Shown: in pieces, positions 56,112 to 64,000 of the stretch
Position numbering within the stretch: position 1 is the stretch's first letter
Layout: every line of letters begins with the position of its first letter
Source: a virus
IMG/VR virus record: IMGVR_UViG_3300042305_002533
Coordinates: 32,001-96,000 of that record
Length of the DNA stretch: 64,000 nucleotides
Direction: 5' to 3' (one strand)
Notes under the pieces: model-generated
What the model saw: the letters and a program-made list of their open reading frames with translations, nothing else
Databases searched by the model: none
Told to the model about the DNA's origin: nothing
Position numbers and translations under genes: made by a program

Positions 56112-56930
56112 ATGCCGCAATGGGACAGCAAAAAGTTCGAAGATAAAGCCACGTCGATCGCCCGAGAATTTAACGGGGGGCGCAGCGACCTTCACGGTCT
56201 GACCGTTAAGGCGGCGCAGGCGGAAGGCCTGAATGAAGAGCAGATCCGGCGATTGGGCCGCGCCGTCAACGTGAAGGCGTTCGAGCAAAAGTTTGCGAGC
56301 CTGAAAGGCGCCAGTGATCGGATCGTTGATTTTGACCCCGTAGACTCTGAGAAAGTGATCGGAGACTTATTCGCGAAGTCGCCCGCGTCTGAGAAAAAGG
56401 CTGCTGCGGTTTATCCAGATCTGTCGGACGAACTTCGCCCCGAGCGGGGCTGGTCTCCGGAGTACGAAAAAACCGCTAGTGTGAATATTCTCAACGAAAT
56501 GTACCAGGTTGTCCCTAAGGACCCGCCGCTCGAATCGCAGATCACGCACTGGCGAAAAGTGGCGGAGGAGCTACGCGTCAAGCGCGCAGGGGCTGAGATG
56601 CGTTGGGACGACGCCATGGAGGCGCTTTCCTCGCACTCAAAGCGGATCTATTGGGACCGCGACGAGTTTGAAAAAGACGCCCTGGCGCTCCACGGGGGCG
56701 CGGTGCTTTTTGAACTCAACGCCCTTCGTAAGACGGCCAAGCTTGCGCCGCTTCCGGCCACATTTGAAGACGCAGAAAAATTGGCAGCACAGCTGTTCGG
56801 GCAAGAGAGCGAAGACACGCGCCTACTGAAGACTGCGCAGGAAGCGCGAGCGGCCTACATGAAAAGCGAAAAAGCTTTGAAAGTGGCTAGCGAAAAAGTA
56901 GCAGCCTTGACTGCCGAGCTCTTGAAATGA
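56112..56930 (+). CDS. Putative head protein, K-x-A rich
   Basis: KAA, KKA, KTA, KVA, KRA, KDA, KLA motifs in 272 aa. Confidence 0.7.
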   Translation: MPQWDSKKFEDKATSIAREFNGGRSDLHGLTVKAAQAEGLNEEQIRRLGRAVNVKAFEQKFASLKGASDRIVDFDPVDSEKVIGDLFAKSPASEKKAAAVYPDLSDELRPERGWSPEYEKTASVNILNEMYQVVPKDPPLESQITHWRKVAEELRVKRAGAEMRWDDAMEALSSHSKRIYWDRDEFEKDALALHGGAVLFELNALRKTAKLAPLPATFEDAEKLAAQLFGQESEDTRLLKTAQEARAAYMKSEKALKVASEKVAALTAELLK

Positions 56931-58504
56931 AACCCGAGACAGAATTCCTTCTTCAGTACATGCAGAAAGACGCCGGTGTCGCTGCGCAAACCGCGCAGGG
57001 ATTAAGCGGTGCTTTCCAGTCGGCAAGAAACATCTTACGCGGCCAAAAAAGCCTACGCGCAGAGCAAAAGGCAATACAAGACTATCAAAAACTTACCGGG
57101 GCGTTGCCCGAAGGCGTTAAGAACGTCGACCAAAGCACGCTAGGCCAGAGGCTACAGGGGCTTGCCGAGGCTGCGCGCGGCGGTTGGACTCAAGGGCGCG
57201 GCACGCAAATAAAGGCAGAGGCTGCAGCTGCGGAAGCCCGGCAGCTTGCTAAAGCCCAAAAGGCAGAAGCCGGACGTGCCGCCAAAATACAAAAAGCAGA
57301 GGCGCGGCTTCAAGAAGTAAGCCCACAGTACCAAAGAGTTAAACAAGAAAACCAAGAGATTGAAAATGCGCTTTCTGAGCTCAAGGCGCGACGCAATGTT
57401 CGGGCGGCTGCTGAGCCTGCAGCTCTGCCCCCACGTCTGCCAGCGCCCGCTTCTCAGTCTTCTGGGCCAGCAATAGGGCCGGCGCCTGCGCCTGCTACGC
57501 CTATTGCTGCGCAACGGCCAACGCAGGTAGTAGCAAGGCGCGAAGTCCCGCAAGCCATACAGCCTATTGCGGCTGCGCCTACTGCTACCCCTGTAACACC
57601 GGTAGCGCCGACGCCTGCTGCACCCGCGCCTACGCCTGCGCCTACGCCGACGCCTGCTGCACCCGCGCCTACGCCTGCGCCTACGCCGACGCCTGCTGCA
57701 CCCGCGCCTGCGCCTGCGCCGACGCCTGCTGCACTCGCGCCTGCGCCTACGCCGACGCCTGCTGCACCCGCGCCTGCGCCTACGCCTACGCCGGGTGCGC
57801 CGCGCCGTGTACGTCGCCGTGAACGCCGCCCCCACGCTGCTGCACCTGCTGCACCTGCTGAGATCGCTGAGACCGCTGAGACCGCTGAGACCGCGGCGCA
57901 GCCCAACCCGCCTGGAGAAATAACGGCACGCGGACTAGTGGCGGGGTCGGCGCTTACAGGCCTCGGATACATGGGCGTTCGCGGGCTTCAAAATTCCGGC
58001 GAACAGAAGGCGCGAGGGCAAGACTACATGAGAAACATGCAACACAACATGATGGCCCCGATGCCCTCAATGACGGTTACGGCGAGCTACGAAAAGTTCG
58101 CTAGCGAAAAGCTAGCGCTTGAGCCGCCGATCGTATACGGGACCAATGCCGCCGTCGCTAAATCACTAGCCGACGCGCTTGGTCGAAAGCTCATCGAAGC
58201 GCCTATCGACGCCCTTCACGAGTCCGTCAAGAAGCGGTATTACGACGAGCCGACGTGGCGAAAGAATTATAGCCAAGTCGTAAAAGAAGACCCGCTATTA
58301 AGTGAAACGCACAAGCAAAGCCCAGAGGTGCTTGCAAATGCGTTTGAAACAATCAAGCGTTTCAGCCCATCGTTGGCGAAAGACCGCCTTGCGACGCGAA
58401 GTCTTCTGCGCCACGTAACCATGACGGGCGGCGAAATGGATTTCGCCACCATGAAGATGTTGGCGGAAACTGAGAAATTCCATCGCGAAAGCAAGGGGCG
58501 ATAA
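56927..58504 (+). CDS. Putative internal virion protein with Pro/Ala/Thr linker and hydrophobic helix
   Basis: KDA, KFA, KLA boundaries; GLVAGSALTGLGYMG helix. Confidence 0.65.
   Translation: MKPETEFLLQYMQKDAGVAAQTAQGLSGAFQSARNILRGQKSLRAEQKAIQDYQKLTGALPEGVKNVDQSTLGQRLQGLAEAARGGWTQGRGTQIKAEAAAAEARQLAKAQKAEAGRAAKIQKAEARLQEVSPQYQRVKQENQEIENALSELKARRNVRAAAEPAALPPRLPAPASQSSGPAIGPAPAPATPIAAQRPTQVVARREVPQAIQPIAAAPTATPVTPVAPTPAAPAPTPAPTPTPAAPAPTPAPTPTPAAPAPAPAPTPAALAPAPTPTPAAPAPAPTPTPGAPRRVRRRERRPHAAAPAAPAEIAETAETAETAAQPNPPGEITARGLVAGSALTGLGYMGVRGLQNSGEQKARGQDYMRNMQHNMMAPMPSMTVTASYEKFASEKLALEPPIVYGTNAAVAKSLADALGRKLIEAPIDALHESVKKRYYDEPTWRKNYSQVVKEDPLLSETHKQSPEVLANAFETIKRFSPSLAKDRLATRSLLRHVTMTGGEMDFATMKMLAETEKFHRESKGR
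57605..57795 (+). repeat. Degenerate tandem repeat encoding PTPAAPAPTPA
   Basis: Repeated CCGACGCCTGCTGCACCCGCGCCT units. Confidence 0.9.
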
Positions 58505-58505
58505 G

Positions 58506-58721
58506 ATGCTTGTTTCAAAAAACCTACGAGACACCCTTCGCTACGACGGCTACGCAAAGCTGGCTGCGCAGATCATGCGCGATCAGAACGAGTACGTTGG
58601 CGATATCACCGACTTAATGGGCGGAATCAAATCTGTGTCGGTGAAAATTGCGGTCAACCGTATGAACGAGCAAACTATTTGGGACGGCCTTCACGCCTAC
58701 CAACAGCTAAAGGGCGGTTGA
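58506..58721 (+). CDS. Small hypothetical protein
   Basis: 71 aa, exactly fills gap; KLA and KIA. Confidence 0.65.
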   Translation: MLVSKNLRDTLRYDGYAKLAAQIMRDQNEYVGDITDLMGGIKSVSVKIAVNRMNEQTIWDGLHAYQQLKGG

Positions 58722-58722
58722 A

Positions 58723-60468
58723 ATGAAGCTGGCTGAGCTATTTCACGGCGTGAAGAACGGCGCAGTTAAAGAAAAAGTCGCGTTCTGGGGCCTGTGCAAA
58801 CAAATCGCGGCGGGCCACCCGCGAGGTGTAAGCGTCGGGCTGTCCAAGATCGCCTACGAGATCTGGGCTGACGGTTACGAACGCGGGTATAGCTCGACGC
58901 GCTCTCGTGAAGAGCGCGAAGCTTTCGCTGGCTCGTTCGGATCGGCCGTGGCCGTGGAGGGCGGCCTCGCCAAAATGGCGCAAGAGGGGCGAATTACTGA
59001 CTACGACCAAATCAAAATGCTGGATTGGGTCGCCGAAAGTGCAGTAAACGACTTGGTTGAATTGACCAAGACCGCCGACGCGATGGCGGTCTTACGCCGG
59101 CCAGAAGTGATTGGCGGCGTCCTCGGAACCGCGACGGGGGCTGGGCTTGGCGCCTGGTCGGACCCTGAAGATCGAGTTCGCGGCGCCATCGCAGGGGCCG
59201 TGCCTGGCGGCTTGGCCGGAACAGCCCTTGGGTACGGTTACCGTACGCACCAAGAAGCTTTAAAGGCGTTGGCGGACATCGCCAAAGAAAAAGAAGTTCG
59301 CCTCGCGGAGCAAGCCGCTCAAAAAGCATTTCAAGAAAAGGAAAACTTGCTTCGCGCAGACAGGGTGGCCGACGCCTTCCATGAGGCCTTAGCGCGCGTA
59401 AAGGTAACAAACATCCCCCAACTTACGGGGTTGGCCCTCGCCGATCTGCAAGCGCACGCTGCGGCCGGACACTCAGGACTTCCCGCCTCTGTCCGACAAG
59501 CAATGGTGGCAGCGACCCCCAAAGAGCGCCTGGCAATTGAAAAGGCGTACCACCAGCTTCTGCATACGGGCATAAAGAAAAAGGCCAGCCGCCAAAAGTT
59601 GGCCGACATTCTTCAAGGCCTCGACGAAGGCGGCCAGCCCCCGATGAACGCCGACGCCCCCATGGGCTCCGCAGAAGAGATCGGCGAAGCTCAAGGCTCC
59701 GACCCCGAGATGGAGGGGCTAAACAAAGCCAACAAGGTCGTGGACAACATGATCTTCCTGGCCAACCAGGTGAACTTGCCGCAACTGGCCCAGCAAATGG
59801 ACCAGATGCGAGATCAGTTGGCTTCGCACTTCGCCGAAGGCCACGCTTATCTGCCTGCCGAGCTTCAACATCATTTTGCGCAGAGCGAGCACGCGGACGC
59901 CTTCATGAAGAAGTACAAGCAGCGTTTTGGCTCCCCCAACAGCGGTAGCAAAAAAGCTGCGAGCTTCATGGAACCCCTCTACCAGAAAGTAGACGAGCTT
60001 CGCGGGCGGGCTCCGGGCGGCATCGACATGGAAGAGGTGCGGAAACGCGTCCCCGACGCGCGGTACATTGGCCTCCACGCCGACCCCGACGGGACGCGGC
60101 GTCCGGCGTTTGCGTCGACTTCACTAGGGCGCGTGCGCACGTGGGACCCCGCCAAAGCCCGGGCAATACGGAACGCCGACCCAAAGGGTTTTTACTTAAC
60201 CCTTGCCGGGGAAAACGTTATTAGCCCTTCTTTATTCTCACAAATATCGCCGGAGTCGAAGACTGCCGAGTACGATGAAGACGCCGGCGACTACCCGGAA
60301 ATCCACCTTACCGCCGAACAGTTAGAAAACTTGACACCGGCGCACGCCCGGCATCTGCTGGGGTCTCCCATCAATTACAGTCCTGAATCGTTTGAGCGGC
60401 TGCACGAACTTTCTCAAAAGACGTCGTCGGCTCAAGACGCCTGGCTTTCCTGGCGCACACACCGCTAA
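58723..60468 (+). CDS. Putative internal virion polyprotein with glycine-zipper hairpin
   Basis: Many K-x-A motifs; IGGVLGTATGAGLG and GAVPGGLAGTALGYG after TKTA. Confidence 0.65.
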   Translation: MKLAELFHGVKNGAVKEKVAFWGLCKQIAAGHPRGVSVGLSKIAYEIWADGYERGYSSTRSREEREAFAGSFGSAVAVEGGLAKMAQEGRITDYDQIKMLDWVAESAVNDLVELTKTADAMAVLRRPEVIGGVLGTATGAGLGAWSDPEDRVRGAIAGAVPGGLAGTALGYGYRTHQEALKALADIAKEKEVRLAEQAAQKAFQEKENLLRADRVADAFHEALARVKVTNIPQLTGLALADLQAHAAAGHSGLPASVRQAMVAATPKERLAIEKAYHQLLHTGIKKKASRQKLADILQGLDEGGQPPMNADAPMGSAEEIGEAQGSDPEMEGLNKANKVVDNMIFLANQVNLPQLAQQMDQMRDQLASHFAEGHAYLPAELQHHFAQSEHADAFMKKYKQRFGSPNSGSKKAASFMEPLYQKVDELRGRAPGGIDMEEVRKRVPDARYIGLHADPDGTRRPAFASTSLGRVRTWDPAKARAIRNADPKGFYLTLAGENVISPSLFSQISPESKTAEYDEDAGDYPEIHLTAEQLENLTPAHARHLLGSPINYSPESFERLHELSQKTSSAQDAWLSWRTHR

Positions 60469-60480
60469 ACTAATCACACC

Positions 60481-63400
60481 ATGCGCAAGATCTTTGAGCT
60501 CGAAGACCGGTTTGCGACAGGCGAGCCGACGATTCAACTCGTCATGTTGCCTGACGGGCGTGGAGGGCGCGTTTTTGAAAAACGGGCGTTCGACTCTGCG
60601 GCCAACTCTCCGGCCTACGAGTATCTGAAGACCGTCACACCAAAAGACGGGCACTCCATTGTTCTCGTGAACGCCCTTGGGGCCTACGAGGCGTACGACG
60701 ACAATAGGAATGGCGACTCTTTTCCGGATCGCCCGATTAACATCGGCGCTCCCGTAAAGTGCGGGCACAAAAGCTGCCAGGCTGCGGCTTGGATTGCCGA
60801 AGACGAAGTGCTCTCCAAGCACTACAAGACCTTCGAGAAGTTTGGCGGAATCTACAAGCACCACGTCAACAAGGACCCGTCAAAATCCTTGGGCAAAGTG
60901 CTCAAAGCGGTCTGGAACCCCAAGATGCAGCGCGTTGAGCTGCTACTTGAAATCGTCAACGACCGCGACCAGGATTTGGCCAAAAAAATTGCCGACGGCG
61001 AATATCCCGCCGTATCGATGGGCTGCTTAAGCGCGGGCACGCCAATCACTATGGCTGACGGGCGGCGCGTCGCGGTCGAGAACATCGAAGTCGGACACCA
61101 GGTTCGGACGCACCTCGGAAATAATCACCGCGTATTCGAGCTGCACCGCCGAACGTATCAAGGCGTAATACACACCATCAAGCCCGAAGCCGCCCCCGCC
61201 CTGGTGGTGACGCACGAGCACCCTTTTCACGTCGTGAAGAAAATAGACGTGAAAAAGCGCGACGCCAAGGGCGCCTGGGTGTGGAACCCCGAGGCGGCGC
61301 CGCAAGGCGTCTGGAAGCTCGCCGAAGAGCTCGATCCTGAAGAACACTACCTGCTTCAGCCCATCAATCGGGAAGTCACGACCCCCTCGTATGTAACCTG
61401 GGCCTTTGCGCGGCTCCTCGGGTACTACTTGGCTGAAGGAAACGTACTGCACGATAAAAGCGAAAGGCTGTGCGGGGTAGAATTCACCTGCCACGAAAAA
61501 GATGAACTACTGCTCGAACTGCCCGACCTTTGTAAAGATCTGGGGCTCCCGGAGCCGTACATAACCCCCCGAAGCAACAGCGCGGTGGCCAGAAGCGCGC
61601 GAGTGTTTGACGCCGGCCTCGCCGAGAAATTAGCCTTACTCGCAGGCTGCGGAGCCAAAGCCAAGAGCCTTGACGCGTCGGTCATGACCTGGGCGACGAC
61701 GTATCAGCGTGCGCTATTCGGCGCGTACGCCAACGGCGACGGGTGCGGGAACAAAGACGGAAGCCTACAGGTGTCGACGGCATCGGCCGATCTTGCAACA
61801 CAGTGGCTCGACCTTTTGCCCCGTCTCGACGTCCTGGCGTCACACCAGGTCTTGAGCCACAAGCCGAACGCCCTGGTAAAAATCGCGACGACGGAACACG
61901 TCGTATTTATCGGCGCTCAGTGGGCGCAGGGGCTGCGCGATGTATGCGCGAAGGTAAAGCCCCATGAGCTAAAGGCCCGAAAAGAGGCGCGTAAGATCTT
62001 CGGAGACTACGTCGTAACGCCCATTCGCAGCGTAGAGCGCGCGGCGGGAATTATGCCGGTGTATAACTTTGAGGTCGAAGAAGATAACAGCTACGTCGCC
62101 GGGGGCGTCGCCGTTCACAACTGCCACGTCAAATGGGATGTTTGCTCCATCTGCGGCCATCGAGCTCCCACGCGGAAGGACTACTGCGAACACGCGCGAA
62201 ACAAGATGCGGCAGGTTCTCTCCAACGGGGAGAAGGTCTGCGTTCACAACCCGTCGCCAAAGTTTTTCGACATCAGCTTCGTTTTCCGGCCCGCAGACCC
62301 CACGGGGTTCATGCTCAAAAAAGTCGCCTCTGCTTACGAGCTCTGGGCGGGGCCGAGCGCCAAATTGGGCGAGATCGCAGACGCGTACGAGCAAAAAATT
62401 GCCGACGCTCGAAAGCTGGGGGACATTCGAAAGCAGCTGTTAGGGCAAGTGGCCGCTGTTCGACAGAGTCCAACTATTCAGAAGTATCAGGCAACGGCAA
62501 AAGAGAACGCAAAAAATCGACAGAAGACGCCTGACAAGGACATAGCAAAGCTCTCGGCCTATCCTTTTTCAGTTGTAGCTTCAACGTTTGCGGCAAAGAA
62601 CGCGGCCCTGTCTACCGGAGATGTAGCCCGCATATTTCTCAAGAAAGCGGGCGTCTCCTCCCCAGACTGGTTGATCGACCGGATCGTGGCCGTCGAACCT
62701 GTACTAGAAAGCGTGCTAGCCCGCGCGCCGGGGCTATACGAAAAATTAGGGCACCTCGTAGAGCTCTCCGACCGCCACATTGAGCCAGGCCTCTACCCCA
62801 TCGTTGACGCTTGGATTGAAAAGACAGCCGGGATGAGCGATTTCATTCGCGACAGCGTCCTCGGCCCTAGTGATAACGCTCTGCCAGTAGGCCCCGGCGC
62901 GCTTTATCGCGCCACCGCCCCAGCTGCCACGGACGTACTCACGATCACGGACCCCAGCACGGGGCACGTCTATCAAACGACGCGCGGCGCTGCACAAAAG
63001 CAGCATAACGCGGACATGAAGCACAAACTTTTTGGCAGCCTAGCCTTAAGTGCGCTTTACGCTACGGCCTTGCACCACGGGCTGAAGAAAAAGCTGCCAC
63101 CTGTGCTTACAGTTCCGGCGGGGATATTTCTCGGCGTGAAAACTTACGGGCTTGGGAAAAACCTATTGAGCCCGCTGAGGAACCCGGAATACATTACCGA
63201 CCAGGGAATTGCTGTGCCGGGAAACACTGAGTTCGTCAAAGCTTCGGCGTTGAGCGCCCCCGCGCTGCTCGACAAAATTGCGTTCGATATCATTGAGCGC
63301 GTCGGAGACACCCCCGACCCAATCGCGGCCCTCCACGCAAAGATCGCGGCGCACGCTCCAAGGAGTGCGATCGCCGCATTCTTAGGGCACCCGAGCGACG

Positions 63401-63519
63401 ATCAGGAAAAGGCGGCGGCGTTGATTGAAGGTTTGGAAAAATTCAGCGACACTGTCTCTGAGCCCGAGCTAGACTTTCACGCGTTTGGGACTCGCGTAGG
63501 GTCGCTACTGCTGTCTTGA
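60481..63519 (+). CDS. Prohead maturation protease (HK97/T4 gp21-like, clan SH) with intein and C-terminal extension
   Basis: NGDSF, YKHH.N, G-x-V, VSMG (putative catalytic Ser), CSICG..CEH, FFDISFV..PAD. Confidence 0.75.
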   Translation: MRKIFELEDRFATGEPTIQLVMLPDGRGGRVFEKRAFDSAANSPAYEYLKTVTPKDGHSIVLVNALGAYEAYDDNRNGDSFPDRPINIGAPVKCGHKSCQAAAWIAEDEVLSKHYKTFEKFGGIYKHHVNKDPSKSLGKVLKAVWNPKMQRVELLLEIVNDRDQDLAKKIADGEYPAVSMGCLSAGTPITMADGRRVAVENIEVGHQVRTHLGNNHRVFELHRRTYQGVIHTIKPEAAPALVVTHEHPFHVVKKIDVKKRDAKGAWVWNPEAAPQGVWKLAEELDPEEHYLLQPINREVTTPSYVTWAFARLLGYYLAEGNVLHDKSERLCGVEFTCHEKDELLLELPDLCKDLGLPEPYITPRSNSAVARSARVFDAGLAEKLALLAGCGAKAKSLDASVMTWATTYQRALFGAYANGDGCGNKDGSLQVSTASADLATQWLDLLPRLDVLASHQVLSHKPNALVKIATTEHVVFIGAQWAQGLRDVCAKVKPHELKARKEARKIFGDYVVTPIRSVERAAGIMPVYNFEVEEDNSYVAGGVAVHNCHVKWDVCSICGHRAPTRKDYCEHARNKMRQVLSNGEKVCVHNPSPKFFDISFVFRPADPTGFMLKKVASAYELWAGPSAKLGEIADAYEQKIADARKLGDIRKQLLGQVAAVRQSPTIQKYQATAKENAKNRQKTPDKDIAKLSAYPFSVVASTFAAKNAALSTGDVARIFLKKAGVSSPDWLIDRIVAVEPVLESVLARAPGLYEKLGHLVELSDRHIEPGLYPIVDAWIEKTAGMSDFIRDSVLGPSDNALPVGPGALYRATAPAATDVLTITDPSTGHVYQTTRGAAQKQHNADMKHKLFGSLALSALYATALHHGLKKKLPPVLTVPAGIFLGVKTYGLGKNLLSPLRNPEYITDQGIAVPGNTEFVKASALSAPALLDKIAFDIIERVGDTPDPIAALHAKIAAHAPRSAIAAFLGHPSDDQEKAAALIEGLEKFSDTVSEPELDFHAFGTRVGSLLLS
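61024..62121 (+). mobile_element. Intein with LAGLIDADG homing endonuclease in prohead protease
   Basis: VSMG|CLSAGT ... VTHEHPF ... LGYYLAEG, GAYANGDG ... VYNFEV..VAVHN|C; 366 aa. Confidence 0.95.
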
Positions 63520-63550
63520 AACGTCCTACCCTGTAGATGAGGATCGGCAC

Positions 63551-64000
63551 ATGAAGCTCAAGAGCCTAATCGAGAATATTGAACCGACGGGTCGCACCAA
63601 GACCGCTGCGGCTACGGGCGGCAATCCGTCAAACATCATGGCGGCGATCAACGAGACGCTCTCGCAGATCGAGAACACCAAAACGGCGTCGGCGACGCCC
63701 ACGGCGGATCTTGAGAAGATGGCTGCCGATGTCGCCGCCAGCCAGCGCGATGGCGAGGTCGGGCACGCTGAGAAGATCGGCGCAGCGATGGCCGACTCGT
63801 TCGTGCGGCAGATCGCTGCCTACGAGACGGCCTCTGAGAAAATCGCCATGGAGAAGGCGGCGGAGATGAACGTCACCGCCGATGAGCTCCAGCTTGTCCG
63901 TACCGCCCGCATGGACCCCCGGGGCTTCCTGGCGAAGGTGGCCGAAGAGGCTGACTACCAGGATTACCAGAACGAGAAGGTCGCGGCGGAGATCTGGGAG
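63551..64000 (+). CDS. Scaffold-like protein (3'-partial), K-x-A rich
   Basis: Open from ATG 63551 to the window end (absent from ORF track): MKLKSLIENIEPTGRTKTAA..TKTAS..EKMAA..EKIAMEKAA..AKVAE..EKVAA; GAGG upstream; follows protease. Confidence 0.7.
   Translation, partial: MKLKSLIENIEPTGRTKTAAATGGNPSNIMAAINETLSQIENTKTASATPTADLEKMAADVAASQRDGEVGHAEKIGAAMADSFVRQIAAYETASEKIAMEKAAEMNVTADELQLVRTARMDPRGFLAKVAEEADYQDYQNEKVAAEIWE

Noticed and set aside
57152-57972. Poly-Arg and Gly/Ala minus-strand ORFs
   Set aside because: Antisense translations of the Pro/Ala/Thr repeat.
1-64000. Alternative genetic code, tRNA genes, major capsid protein
   Set aside because: Long ORFs tile the window under the standard code; no cloverleaf noticed; no capsid motif recognised (probably downstream of the scaffold-like gene).

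Overview
A 64-kb, GC-rich, gene-dense segment of a large (jumbo-like) myovirus genome; no host housekeeping genes, tRNAs, rRNA or CRISPR array were seen. Left to right: a baseplate/tail module (1-17.8 kb) containing a sigma-like gene and an inverted RuvC; a lambda-GpA-type terminase; an array of small promoter-ORF-terminator cassettes ending in a probable structured ncRNA (21.2-22.8 kb); a minus-strand replication module (DnaQ, UDG-fused family A polymerase, primase-helicase, Cas4-like nuclease, putative SSB, ParB-like protein, SNF2 helicase) with a second sigma factor; a probable portal; a phage multisubunit RNA polymerase (beta fused to N-terminal beta', plus a separate C-terminal beta'); a run of probable internal head proteins; and a prohead protease. 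RNAP and protease each carry a LAGLIDADG intein. The strongest unexplained signals are (1) a K-x-A motif that saturates the head-module proteins and bounds glycine-zipper peptide modules, suggesting a protease-driven polyprotein maturation system; (2) a pyrophosphatase-like domain inserted in the RNAP between two K-x-A sites; (3) the cassette array, with a fixed A-tract-N15-GGTATAAG promoter, leaderless ORFs and an ncRNA candidate; (4) two divergent gene pairs that share one CATG palindrome as both start codons. All calls are from motif recognition by eye; no database search was run.
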